A DNA stretch of 63,169 nt, filler included, from Octopus bimaculoides (taxonomy: Eukaryota): the NCBI RefSeq assembly GCF_001194135.2. It is 4 parts of 4 records of this genome, joined end to end, with 100 filler letters (N's around TTAATTAATTAA, not from the genome) between each part and the next. Parts side by side here need not be neighbours in the genome. Positions count along the whole stretch, not along the records: positions 1 to 26,609 come from NC_068982.1; positions 26,710 to 48,694 come from NC_068999.1; 2 more parts are not named here. One strand, written 5' to 3'. Both the position numbers and the translations under genes were made by a program. Under the pieces are notes generated by a model. That model did no database searches. It was not told the origin of the DNA and was given only the letters and a program-made list of their open reading frames with translations. Below are positions 24,266 through 36,820 of this stretch, one piece after another; position 1 is the stretch's first letter; each line of letters starts with the position of its first letter.

Positions 24266-24898
24266 TAGATAGATAGATAGATANNNNNNNNNNNNNNNNN
24301 NNNNNNNNNNNNNNNNNNNNNNNNNNNNNNNNNNNNNNNNNNNNNNNNNNNNNNNNNNNNNNNNNNNNNNNNNNNNNNNNNNNNNNNNNNNNNNNNNNNN
24401 NNNNNNNNNNNNNNNNNNNNNNNNNNNNNNNNNNNNNNNNNNNNNNNNNNNNNNNNNNNNNNNNNNNNNNNNNNNNNNNNNNNNNNNNNNNNNNNNNNNN
24501 NNNNNNNNNNNNNNNNNNNNNNNNNNNNNNNNNNNNNNNNNNNNNNNNNNNNNNNNNNNNNNNNNNNNNNNNNNNNNNNNNNNNNNNNNNNNNNNNNNNN
24601 NNNNNNNNNNNNNNNNNNNNNNNNNNNNNNNNNNNNNNNNNNNNNNNNNNNNNNNNNNNNNNNNNNNNNNNNNNNNNNNNNNNNNNNNNNNNNNNNNNNN
24701 NNNNNNNNNNNNNNNNNNNNNNNNNNNNNNNNNNNNNNNNNNNNNNNNNNNNNNNNNNNNNNNNNNNNNNNNNNNNNNNNNNNNNNNNNNNNNNNNNNNN
24801 NNNNNNNNNNNNNNNNNNNNNNNNNNNNNNNNNNNNNNNNNNNNNNNNNNNNNNNNNNNNNNNNNNNNNNNNNNNNNNNNNNNNNNNNNNNNNNNNNN

Positions 24899-24962
<64 letters not shown>

Positions 24963-25741
24963 TGACATTGACGTGTGTTTGCATTCATACAGGTTACTGA
25001 CACGTATCCTTACATGAATTCATACTAACATACATACGTGATATTTTTTTAATGACCTTGTATTTGAGAGGGTGATAACTGCTGTGTGTCTGCATATTGT
25101 CTGTATCCAAATGTGCGGAGGGAAAAATATAAAGTTAAAAAGTGGATTCGCTCGGTAAGTGGGAAATTATGTGCTAAAATGATATAAAGGCGAACAAGAG
25201 AAAATAAGGGTGATATAATATGGAGAAGAAAAAAACTTCGCGTAATGAAAGAAAGAAAGAAAGAAAGTAATTCCACTATGATGCATAACAGGGAAACTGG
25301 CGAATCGGTAGAGGGTTGGATTTAAATATAGAATATACTGATCGGAAAGATAGATGGAAGTAAGCATCAACGATATTCGAGGGAATAAACGTGAATAAAC
25401 GAGAATAAATGAGAATATTGAGTATGATATAACTGGACGCGGACATTTCCCGCCGCGTAGACATGAATTTATGTCAAGATGTAGGGATGTGCATTTTCAT
25501 CGTCATTTGCGTGTGCCAATTTATGTATGCATGTTTATTCTATGTGTACACGCCTGAATATATAAAATGTACAGCTAAGCTGTATCGGAATTTTATAGAT
25601 ATGTTTATTATGTAGTTATGACAGTATGGAATGTTTTACGCTTCTTTTTTATATACTATATAAGCGATTACGTAATTGTATTGGATTGTTTGCGTCTGCG
25701 TGTGTATATGTGCCTATTTACCAATTATATATATATATATG

Positions 25742-25772
<31 letters not shown>

Positions 25773-25783
25773 ACATGCATGTG

Positions 25784-25820
<37 letters not shown>

Positions 25821-26288
25821 NNNNNNNNNNNNNNNNNNNNNNNNNNNNNNNNNNNNNNNNNNNNNNNNNNNNNNNNNNNNNNNNNNNNNNNNNNNNNNNN
25901 NNNNNNNNNNNNNNNNNNNNNNNNNNNNNNNNNNNNNNNNNNNNNNNNNNNNNNNNNNNNNNNNNNNNNNNNNNNNNNNNNNNNNNNNNNNNNNNNNNNN
26001 NNNNNNNNNNNNNNNNNNNNNNNNNNATATATATATATATATATATACCTACATGCATATATATATACATACATACATATGTATATATACATTCATACCT
26101 ACATATATATATATACATATACATAGATAGACAGATAGACAGACAGATAGACAGACAGACAGACAGACAGGTAGACAGACAGGTAGACAGACAGACAGAC
26201 AGGTAGACAGACAGACAGGCAGACAGACAGGTAGACAGACAGGTAAACAGACAGACAGACAGATAGATAGATAGATAGATAGATAGAG

Positions 26289-26323
<35 letters not shown>

Positions 26324-26534
26324 GAGATAGATAGATAGATATGCATACATATGTGTGTGCTGTGTGTACGTACGTATGTATATGAAGATACATATACGTA
26401 CGTACATACACATTCGTATACACGCACACACATGCACATACACAAACACAAAGGAACGGTAAGACCGCGTCAGACAGAGAAATACAGATTGTGAGAACAG
26501 AAGACAGTGGTTAGGTGACAAAATACAGCATAAA

Positions 26535-26609
<75 letters not shown>

Positions 26610-26653
26610 NNNNNNNNNNNNNNNNNNNNNNNNNNNNNNNNNNNNNNNNNNNN

Positions 26654-26665
26654 TTAATTAATTAA
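26654..26665. other. TTAATTAATTAA assembly spacer inside an N gap (also 48739-48750 and 56555-56566)
   Basis: The same 12-mer, with stop codons in all six frames, is isolated between N runs three times. It is most likely an artefact. Confidence 0.9.
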
Positions 26666-26709
26666 NNNNNNNNNNNNNNNNNNNNNNNNNNNNNNNNNNN
26701 NNNNNNNNN

Positions 26710-26975
26710 GAATCTAAAAACAGAAACAATTCCTATCATAGTAGGTGCCTTAAGTATAATAAAAAAATATTCAGACAAATACATAACAAAAATACCAGGA
26801 CTTACAAATATATATAACATACAGAAACTTGCACTACTGGGTACTGCACACATTCTACGCAAAACACTTTCAATACAGTAAACATAAGAGCACCACAGCA
26901 AACCACAGCACATACCCAAGGCGCACAGAGCTGCGCTCGGTAGTGAAATGAAAGCACGTTATAAAAATAAAACTA

Positions 26976-26980
<5 letters not shown>
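26710..26980 (+). mobile_element. R4/Dong-like family C 3' end
   Basis: NLKTETIPIIVGAL...IQKLALLGTAHILRKTLSIQ, then a 3'UTR ending aaaactactg(aat)n. Confidence 0.9.
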
Positions 26981-27044
<64 letters not shown>

Positions 27045-27472
27045 TGCTAGAAAGTAAGATATATAAGATGTGGGATTTTAACATTCGAAATGACAGAGTA
27101 ATAAGGATCTAGAAGATTTGATTTAGTAGCAGTAAAGAGAATAGAAAGTGCCAGGTAATTGACTTTTCAGTCACAAATGATGAGAAAGCCAATATGAGAG
27201 GCATAGAGAAAATAGTAAAGTATCAGGGCCAAACCAGTGATTTACAGAGGCTATGGAAAGTGTATCATTGTATTTATAGGTGCATTAGGAACTATCCCTA
27301 AAGATTTGAACAGATGGATAGAGGAAACAGCCATAAAACTTAGTTTCTCCAGAAAACCATATTAAGGATAGCTAGGATACTTAGAAAGGTTCTTGGCATC
27401 TAAGGTTAATTGCTGTAGCCCGATGTTAGGAATTTTTCCAACAGCCTAATCTGTTGTGCGTAAATGAAATGA
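27045..27472 (+). mobile_element. R4/Dong-like family D 3' fragment, degenerate
   Basis: Decayed WDF..RNDR, IDFSV, GALGTIPKDL and ARILRKVLGI motifs. Starts after (AAT)n. Confidence 0.75.
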
Positions 27473-27474
27473 TG

Positions 27475-27728
27475 GGTTCTCCCGTCGAAGACGACGTAAG
27501 AGTTTTAGCTTCTTGCTGAACGACCTGCAGAAATGGTTTGTTTATAGTGATTAAATGCTCGTGCCACCCATTAGCTCGCCTTCTCCATCAAACATGTGCA
27601 CGGTGTACCACGAGTCAAGGTGTCGAATTGATCGCAGAGCGACGTGAAATGAAGTGTCTTGCTAGGAATTGAAACCACGATTTAGTGATCGGGAGTTCAA
27701 CACCCTAACCACAAAGCCATGCGCCCTC
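27475..27728 (-). mobile_element. tRNA-derived SINE (CORE-like box)
   Basis: Minus strand reads gtggttagggtgttgaactcccgatcac, ttcaattcct, agcaagacacttcatttcacg. Confidence 0.6.
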
Positions 27729-27739
27729 ACAAAAAATGA

Positions 27740-27774
<35 letters not shown>

Positions 27775-27779
<5 letters not shown>

Positions 27780-28592
27780 CCAACACTATGGAATAACAAC
27801 AGAAAAAAGATGGTATAAACACACGCCAGAAAAGGTCACAGAAAACGAGAAAGCAACCATACTCTGGGATATGCCAATACACACAGATAGAGAAATTAAG
27901 GCAAATAGACCAGATATAGTTGTCAAAGATCATGAAGAAAAAAAATGCTTTCTAACTGATGTATCAATACCAGCAGATGACAACGTTTCCCTAGAAGAAA
28001 TGGAAAAACTTTCAAAATACAAAGACCTGGAAATAGAGATAACTCGAATGTGGAATCTAANNNNNNNNNNNNNNNNNNNNNNNNNNNNNNNNNNNNNNNN
28101 NNNNNNNNNNNNNNNNNNNNNNNNNNNNNNNNNNNNNNNNNNNNNNNNNNNNNNNNNNNNNNNNNNNNNNNNNNNNNNNNNNNNNNNNNNNNNNNNNNNN
28201 NNNNNNNNNNNNNNNNNNNNNNNNNNNNNNNNNNNNNNNNNNNNNNNNNNNNNNNNNNNNNNNNNNNNNNNNNNNNNNNNNNNNNNNNNNNNNNNNNNNN
28301 NNNNNNNNNNNNNNNNNNNNNNNNNNNNNNNNNNNNACAGAAACAATTCCTATCATAGTAGGTGCCTTAGGTATAATAAAAAAATATTCAGACAAATACA
28401 TAACAAAAATACCAGGACTTACAAATATATATAACATACGGAAAATTGCACTACTGGGCACTGCACACATTCTACGCAAAACACTTTCAATACAGTAACC
28501 ATAAGAGCATCACAGCAAACCACAGCACATAGCCAAAGCACATAGAGCTGCGCTCGGTAGTGAAGTGAAAGCACGTTATAAAAATAAAATTA

Positions 28593-28597
<5 letters not shown>
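27775..28597 (+). mobile_element. R4/Dong-like family C 3' portion (gap inside), flanked by (AAT)n
   Basis: MPIHTDREIKANRPDIVVKDHEEKKCFLTDVSIP...KLSKYKDLEIE; family C 3'UTR. Confidence 0.92.
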
Positions 28598-28648
<51 letters not shown>

Positions 28649-28650
<2 letters not shown>

Positions 28651-29145
28651 GCCCTGATGCAGTACCACGCACTAGCTCTCATAGCTTCTGATCTTAACTG
28701 ATTGAAAGTGTTATTATCATCTGCATAGTTTGTTTTGGTATATAAGATGGGCTACAGCAAATATTCTGCTCAAAACCACAGATTTGCTTGTCAGTTGCTT
28801 GACCTTAACCAGTTGAGTATGTCCCTTGGTGGTGGGTGACGATATGTGCTGAGAGGGAGTTTGAATAATTCCCCTTTGGAAACATGGGTGTTTCATTCAA
28901 CATCCTTAACCCTTATTCAGGGACCTATTAAGCGGGATGGGCTACTCGACCTGAAGAAAATTCTAACTGGGCCCCACCTGCAATGTCATGCGCTGTTCTT
29001 GATATAAGATTACCATGTTACGCACATATAGTTGTGATGCATGTACCTGGAGTACTCTTATCAGACGGGTAATCATGATGGGTGTACTGGGCTTCGTATA
29101 TTTTGCCCCTGTGTCACTTTGATGGTATGCACATCTCTCTCACTC
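28649..29145 (+). repeat. ~500-550-bp non-coding interspersed element, copy 1
   Basis: Collinear with 30711-31267 but with a ~60-bp internal deletion. Bounded by AAT-rich repeats. Confidence 0.85.
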
Positions 29146-29171
29146 AATAAAAATAAAATGATAATAATAAT

Positions 29172-30295
29172 AATTCAAAAAGATTGATGTAACTCTTCAC
29201 GAATTTTGACAGCTCGCCTGTCTTTGTCGAGTTTAAAATGAAAAGTGATACATAAAAATTCAAATTCAAAAGTGTGAACGAAGAGATCCTGCGTTCCCGC
29301 TTTGACAGGGCATCATCAATTTTCAATTTTTAATTTTACAACTGGCAAAAGGAAAAAGAAAGAAAAAGGAAGAAAAAAAGGAAAGAAAAATATTTAATCA
29401 AAGTTTTGTGTAAATATGATGAAATATGATGAAATTCCCCTGTCATTTTATTCATTCCTCCAGGGCGTGATGTTAATAACTCACAAATATATTTGTCCTC
29501 ATGCATTTTGAGGACTGTAAGTGTAGTAGATTCAGAATATTTTCTGAGAATATGCACTTAGTTTTCTTGGTGTCAGAAGTAATAGTACTCTTATATTTTT
29601 ATTCCACCTAACGGCTCCAATTGGCGGCTGAGAAAATATCTGTTTGAAACGAGGACATTTTTCTGAAACCTGCTGGCAACTTTCATGTAACATATTTGAA
29701 ATGCTTTCGAAATTTCGGTGCCAGTTAATCACTAAACGAATTTTAACACATATTTTGCTTTGTTTGCTAAAATTATGCATGAAGGGTTGACTTTCTTTGC
29801 TAATCTTAGCTATGTCATTTGCAATTTCCTTTAATCGTGATTCACTGTAACCGCGTTTGGCATAACGGTGTACGGAAGCATTTGCTTGTTTCCAGTAATC
29901 CCCTATATTAGTAGAAATCCGTTTTATCCTCAAAAATTGGAATTTCGGATTTGACCGAATTATATGATATAGATGTTCTGAGCGGCTGTGGACAGAAATG
30001 TTGATTGACGTAGGCTTGCAAAATAACTGTCATTGTTCTGCCTCCAGAAAACTTAACTTTTGTGTCCAAAAACTCAACGCCAGTTGTAAAATTTGAAATT
30101 GAAGACTGATGATGTCATTCCATCAAAGTGGGAGCGCAGGATCTCCTCGTTCAAACTTTTGAATTTGAATTTCTATCATTTTGAATTTCTGTGTACTACC
30201 TTTCCTTTTGAACTCGACAAACAGAGGCAACCTGTCGATATATCGTTCAAACCAGTAAAATAGCTATTGCAATCGTATCCCGCTCTTCACATTAT
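29172..30295 (-). mobile_element. Penelope-like element remnant with inverted terminal repeats
   Basis: LRIKRIST...YAKRGYSESRL, RFKQIFSQPP, VHILRKYSE...HEDKYICELLTSRPGGMN. 29172-29345 is the reverse complement of part of 30078-30295. Confidence 0.85.
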
Positions 30296-30480
30296 TCTTT
30301 TATTCTTTTACTTGTTTCAGTCATTTGATTGTGACCATGCTGAAGCACCGCCTCTAATCGAACAAATCGACCCCAGAACTTATTCTTTTAAGTACTCATT
30401 CTATCGGTCTCTTTTGCCGAACCGCTATGTAATGGGGGCGTAAACACACCAACATTCGTTTGGGGACAAAACACTGACAC
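30296..30480 (-). mobile_element. 3' part of SINE family 3
   Basis: ttattcttttacttgtttcagtcatttgattgtgaccatgc, as at 58866-59000. Confidence 0.75.
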
Positions 30481-30710
30481 ATAAACATATATNNNNNNNN
30501 NNNNNNNNNNNNNNNNNNNNNNNNNNNNNNNNNNNNNNNNNNNNNNNNNNNNNNNNNNNNNNNNNNNNNNNNNNNNNNNNNNNNNNNNNNNNNNNNNNNN
30601 NNNNNNNNNNNNNNNNNNNNNNNNNNNNNNNNNNNNNNNNNNNNNNNNNNNNNNNNNNNNNNNNNNNNNNNNNNNNNNNNTTAATAATAATAACAATAAT
30701 AATAATAATA

Positions 30711-31267
30711 ATGCCATGATGCAGTACCAGGTAGTGGGACTCATGGCTTCTGATCTTAACTGATTGGAAGTGTTATCATGTACATTGTTTTGTATTGGTA
30801 TAAAAGATGGGTTACGGCAAATATTCTGCTCAACATCACACATTTGCTTGTCAGTTGCTTGACGTTAACCAGTTGAGCATGTCCCTTAGTGGCTGGTGAT
30901 ATGTGCATCTCTGATCACGAGCAGAAGTAGTGGGGGAGCATCATAGCCATGTGTTGAGAAGAATTCTTTGGGGTTTGAATAATTCTCCTTTGGAAACATT
31001 GGACGTTTTGTTCATCATCCTTAAACAACCCTTATTCAGGGACCTTTTGAGCGGGATGGGCTACTCGACCTGGAGAAATTTCTAACTGGGCCCCACCTGC
31101 AAGGTCATGCGCTGTTTATCTTGGTATGAGATCACAATGTCGCGCACATATGGTTGTGATGCATGTGCCTGGTATACCCTTATCAGACGGGTAATCATGA
31201 CGGGTGTGCTGGGCCTCGTATATTTTATCCCAGTGTCACTTTGATGGCATATATTGCTCTCTCACTC
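30711..31267 (+). repeat. ~550-bp non-coding interspersed element, copy 2
   Basis: atgccatgatgcagtaccagg...ctctcactc between (AAT)n tracts. Confidence 0.85.
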
Positions 31268-31288
31268 AGTAATAATAATAATAATAAA

Positions 31289-33720
31289 TCATTCTTTATT
31301 GGCCTCAACGACTTCATATGAAAGAAAAAGGACTATGCAAAAAGCAAGAGACAGTGGGGCTTTACATAAAAATACGTGTAAACAATAAAATAAAATTAAC
31401 AACCAATGAAATTCCCTAATAGTGGATCATTACGCATGGGCGACTAAGGGATCTCACAGATCCTAAGTTACCCTGCTCACTAAGTGCACCATGGAAAGAG
31501 CTCGTTTTCCTCCTTAATTTGTGACCTACAAGTGCACGCTTAAAGTAGATCTAGTTACTCGGGTTATCCTCTTCACATTCACCCACCATTCAGCAAATTT
31601 ACTAATCTAACAGCCTTTTTCAGGGGTAACCACCTCCTGTTGTGGACTATTGCACCCGTCAACTCCCTCTTAACTAGTTCCCTAATCCGTTCTCTGTAAT
31701 CTTGGCGCACCGGGAAAAACGCGTTCAGTTTCTAGTTACCTACGCACGGAACCTGTATCTCAATTGTATACATCACAAATTCGTGGTGTTTATTGCCGAT
31801 TGCTTTGAATTGTTGACAAACTATGCTATCCCTAATCAAGTCTTCTATAAAATATTCTGTCTGGATACGATCTGTATGACATCATGTTGTTTGCCCATGT
31901 CCATATTTGTGCATTCGGGAAATCCACTTGATACCTGTCAGCCTTTTGGAATCGACTAATCAGATTTGCGAGTCTTTTGTACACCTACTCCTATCAGCTA
32001 ACACCACGCAACCAAGAGGTGCATCCCAGATGGTGCCCCAATCGCTTACTAACGCTAACCACCACTCCTCCCCCATTCCGGATTCAGTATAAGAACAGTG
32101 AATATGTGATGATATCAAAATCGCTAAAAGTGGGTGCTGAGGCGCGTGTATCTGAAATCCTGGTCTCACTGGCTGCTATCTCATCCAGCCCAAGTGATTA
32201 ACTGGCGCCGTTGCTTCTAATGTGAATCCAGGCCACATGCATTTATGCTACCCACTCTTCAGATCACTAAGTAGCTCGAAAATAAAGAGTAGAAAAGGAA
32301 ACGGGTTACTTACTCATTTGGTGGTCCCGGAGACCAGGTGACTCAGTTTGTATAGGGTTTTTATTTCTTTGGCTCATAAAGAAGTCCCTAAAGGAAATTG
32401 CTAAATTGGCTCATAAAGAAGTTCCAAAAGAAAATTGCTGAACCTTAAGACAACTCCCTCTGTTTCTATGTTCTTACCGATGAAGGAGATTAGTCTTTTG
32501 TTTGTACTTAGTATAAAGTATATGGTGGGTGTGTTTTGTTGCTGTGTTTATGTGCCTATCTGCTGAGGCTGCTCTTGTATGAGTTTTATTTTTGTTGAGG
32601 TTGTGGTTGTTGCTATCGCTGTTCTTGTTGTTGTTGGTGGTTTAGTTGTTGTTCTTGTTGCTGGTGGTAGTTTAGTTGTTTTTGTGGGTTTATTTGTTTC
32701 GTGTGTCTGTGGTTTCAGTACTGCTGTGATTTTGTGGTGATCTTTTTTTATTGTTTCCTCCTTTTTTTCTTTTTATTTTCTAGTTCTTGCCTTCTTGCAA
32801 GATGATACTTCCTCATCAGAAGTATCTGTTGAGGGTGGGGATGGAGGAGGGAGCTTGTTTCCGTTTGTATCTATGAGTGTTTTAAAGAGAGTGGGAAGGA
32901 GGGAGAATAATGGAGATGGAGTTGGGCTAGATATTTTTCTGGGTGATAGTTTCTGGTTCTGTTGTGTGCGTTGTTGTAGCTGTTACTGTTGGTACAGTCG
33001 TCGGGGTTGATATTACTACCGTTGTTTTCGTTACCATGGCTTATATTGTTGCTGCTATTTGTGTTGAAGGGACTGTGGTTTAGGCTTTTTTTGTTGAAGG
33101 TAGCCTTCTGTACCATATAAGTGACATCTTGGCTTTCTGTTCTCAACTCCAACACGCAGCTTCGCTCTGTTGGGCTGGTGGATTAGGTCTAGGGTTTTTC
33201 CTACCTTGATCTGGAGGAGGATTTCTGCTGTGGTTCCAGAACAAAACTCCCTTTTCGTTTGCTTCACTTCGAGTACATTTTCATTGCTCTCCAGAATGAC
33301 ACATGTTAGCAACCACCAGGTGTCCTACACAAGTGGGACCTTTCTATCTTAACGCATCAAGTGTTTCTCCCTAAATTGATTAGTTAGATGATGAAATCAA
33401 TCCCTACCACAAATGGGAGCTACGAAATGTTTCAACGCGAGCGTTCCACTCTTGAAGGGAACCTGCATACTCCTAAACTGCCATCAACATATGATCTATG
33501 TCTACCCATATTTTTCTCAGGGGTTATTCTACCTGGGCTCATATTGCCGACACATAGCGGTAGGAGACCGTACTTCTGGTAGATGCTGTCAAAATCAATG
33601 CCGGGACAATAACTTGTACAGTTTTTCTGTTCAATTTTTCAAGTTGGTTCGCTTCTGTGAGTCGTGTCCCTTTACCACATAATGACAGCGTTTGTTTTAC
33701 TGCTATCCCAAGGTTCTCTG
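31289..33720 (-). mobile_element. Tx1/L1-type LINE remnant: ORF1 and APE endonuclease, RT internally deleted
   Basis: ORF1 remnant VGVENRKPRCHLYGTEGYLQQK (decayed zinc knuckle). Endonuclease remnants GSINACGL, LGLDEIAASETRI, GGGVVV, WTWANN...YPDRIF. The linker is followed by C-terminal WWVNVKRITRVTRSTLSVHL. Tail ggccaataaagaa(tt)(att)n. Confidence 0.78.
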
Positions 33721-34169
33721 CTCATAATGTTGCTCCCACAGCTTCTTATGTAATTTTCTTTATTCTTGTTGTTGTTGCTGCTGCTGCTACTGCTGCCATT
33801 GTTGTCGCTGTCACTGCTGACACGCTGTTGTTGATGCTCGTACTTTTATTTGCTGGTATGTGAATTAGACTTTGAACAGTAATCATAGCAGTTTTCTCCC
33901 GTTCGCAAGTATTACCGTTGATTTGTATTGCTTTCGTTCATGTTATTGTTGTTCTCTAATGAAACTGGCAGCGATGTGAGGGCTTCCTACTACCTCCTCA
34001 TTCAAACTATTTGTGGGCGCTAATGCTGCGAAAATTTAGCTCTCCGCTAAAAAAATAGAGAGATCGAAATAAAATTACAACAATTGTGCCCAATAATGAT
34101 TAACTATTGAACAAAAATTATTCAGTAATAAACAAATTTTCCCAACAATATAAACAAACCTTTGAGTGA

Positions 34170-34365
34170 ATAAATGACGCAGAAATTTTGAAAAATCCGC
34201 GGAACATCTCGGTTGTTACATGAACTTCTCTGTTATGCAGAAAGCCTGTTTATTAGGAACAGAAATTAATCTTAAAAAAAGGTGCTGGATTTCTAACGTC
34301 GCGGTATGTGATTGCTATCCAGCCAAATGAACCGGCATAGCACATGCTGAGAGATAAAGGCAAGT
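34170..34365 (+). mobile_element. R4/Dong-like family F 3' end, degenerate
   Basis: VMQKACLLGT...KKVLD, then a 3'UTR and (TAA)n. Confidence 0.65.
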
Positions 34366-34386
34366 AATAATAATAATGATTATAAT

Positions 34387-34426
<40 letters not shown>

Positions 34427-34473
34427 GCAACAACAACAACAACAACAACAACGATGATGATGATGATGATGAT

Positions 34474-34516
<43 letters not shown>

Positions 34517-34519
<3 letters not shown>

Positions 34520-34661
34520 CAGACAAAGAAGACGTGTTTATTAATTGACATGAGTATTCCCTGTGATCATAATACAGCGGCGAAAGAATTTGACAGGATC
34601 AGTAAATATAAAGACTTGCTAATAGAAATTGAAAAAATGTGGCACCTCAAGACGACTACCG
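34517..34661 (+). mobile_element. R4/Dong-like endonuclease fragment
   Basis: KKTCLLIDMSIPCDHNTAAKEFDRISKYKDLLIEIEKMW; runs into a gap. Confidence 0.85.
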
Positions 34662-35098
34662 NNNNNNNNNNNNNNNNNNNNNNNNNNNNNNNNNNNNNNN
34701 NNNNNNNNNNNNNNNNNNNNNNNNNNNNNNNNNNNNNNNNNNNNNNNNNNNNNNNNNNNNNNNNNNNNNNNNNNNNNNNNNNNNNNNNNNNNNNNNNNNN
34801 NNNNNNNNNNNNNNNNNNNNNNNNNNNNNNNNNNNNNNNNNNNNNNNNNNNNNNNNNNNNNNNNNNNNNNNNNNNNNNNNNNNNNNNNNNNNNNNNNNNN
34901 NNNNNNNNNNNNTACTGAGAAGAGCATTATCGCTGTGAAAACAACATCCATTCATGATTTTTTTTTTAAATACATATTTTACCTGTGAATTTGCGTGTGT
35001 AAACTGGGAATGCATACAACGAGTTTCTCTGCCCATGGTGTACGGAAAACACTCGGCGAGAAATGGAAGAAAATTTGAAGAAAGAAGAAAAAAACAAC

Positions 35099-35155
<57 letters not shown>

Positions 35156-35169
35156 GTAATAATAATAAT

Positions 35170-35891
35170 TGAATACGAACTCAGTGAAAAAGAATATATA
35201 CCACACAAGTGCAACGGACCTCTGCCGAATGTATGGGAAGAGGGTCGAAAGTGTGACTCACATTATTAGTGCTTATGAAAGTCTTGCGCAGAAAGGGTAC
35301 AAGCGTAGACACAGCAAGGTAGCCCAAAACTTCCACTAGCTACTATGCTATAAGTATGGATATGAGGTTACGGCTGCTTGGTACCAATTTACACTGGAAA
35401 AAGTAATGGGTGAAAAGACGAAGGCAAAAGTCCTCTGGGACTTTGACTTCCAGGGAGACAAAGTGCTAGAGCACCGAAGGCCGGATATAGTAACCTTTAA
35501 TAGGGACAAACAAGAGAGCCTAATAACTGATGTGACAGTGTCAGGAGATCGACATATCATGAAAGAAAGAGAAAAAGTTGATAACTATGGAGACCGGAGA
35601 ATTGAGATCTCGAAGATATGGCAGCTACGAGAGTCAAACATAAAAGTTGTCCCTATTGTCATGGGAGCATTGGGTTCAATACCACCCAATCTGAAAAAAA
35701 AAACCCATCTGAAAACCCTGAGAAATACCCTAGATGTATTGCAAAAGTCGTCATAACTTGGAACTGCACGCATATTGCGTAAAGTACTGTCTGTCTGAGG
35801 TCCTTGTTGTGACTTGACAAACAGTACAAACCCTCGGTAGACGCAATATCTTCAATCAACAACCTCACAATATTGTATACTGTACGACGTC

Positions 35892-35892
<1 letters not shown>
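35170..35892 (+). mobile_element. R4/Dong-like family E 3' portion flanked by (AAT)n
   Basis: CRMCGKRVESVTHIISA (CCHC remnant), LWDFDFQGDKVLEHRRPDIV, VVPIVMGALGSIP, LGTARILRKVLSV. Confidence 0.9.
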
Positions 35893-35935
<43 letters not shown>

Positions 35936-35936
<1 letters not shown>

Positions 35937-36423
35937 TGGAAGCTATGCCAACACTATGGAATAACAACAGAAAAACGATGGTATAAAAATACGCCAGAAA
36001 AGGTCACAGAAAACGAGAAAGCAACCATAATGAAGGAAAAAAATGCTTTCTAACTGATGTATCAATACCAGCAGATGACAACGTTTCCCTAAAAGAAATG
36101 GAAAAACTTTCAAAATACAATGACTTGGAAATAGAGGTAACTCGAATGTGGAATCTAAAAACAGAAACAATTCCTATCATAGTAGGTGCCTTAAGTATAA
36201 TAAAAAAAAATATTCAGACAAATACATCACAAAAACACCAGGACTTACAAATATATATAACATACAGAAAATTGCACTACTGGGCACTGCACACATCCTG
36301 CGCAAAACACTTTCAATACAGTAACCATAAGATCATCACAGCAAACCACAGCGCATACCCAAGGCACACAGAGCTGCGCTAGGTAGTGAAGTGAAAGCAC
36401 GTTATAAAAATAAAACTACTGAA
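35936..36423 (+). mobile_element. R4/Dong-like family C 3' fragment with internal deletion
   Basis: Matches 27775-28597 but lacks the RPDIV segment. (AAT)n on both sides. Confidence 0.9.
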
Positions 36424-36424
36424 C

Positions 36425-36495
<71 letters not shown>

Positions 36496-36620
36496 GGCAA
36501 TCCCACAAAACTACANNNNNNNNNNNNNNNNNNNNNNNNNNNNNNNNNNNNNNNNNNNNNNNNNNNNNNNNNNNNNNNNNNNNNNNNNNNNNNNNNNNNN
36601 NNNNNNNNNNNNNNNNNNNN

Positions 36621-36770
36621 NAAACATTCACTTGAACAAAACTGTACAAATCCAAATATATGGTACCCTAGGCATAACACCTACATGAACTTCTAACTTG
36701 TTGTCTCTTGAGGTCTCTGGGTGAGACTTGGATCCAACTTGTACAAATGCAAAACAAAAGTCAAACATAA
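36621..36770 (+). mobile_element. R4/Dong-like family B 3'UTR
   Basis: Similar to 55960-56099; ends aagtcaaacataa(aat)n. Confidence 0.8.

Positions 36771-36817
<47 letters not shown>

Positions 36818-36820
<3 letters not shown>

Noticed and set aside
26654-26665. TTAATTAATTAA repeated three times as a regulatory motif
   Set aside because: It always sits between N runs, so it is most likely an assembly spacer.
36494-36515. Duplicated R4 5' junction (ggcaatcccacaaaactaca at 36496 and 36820) as a TSD or tandem copy
   Set aside because: The first copy ends at an N gap; a contig-overlap artefact is at least as likely.
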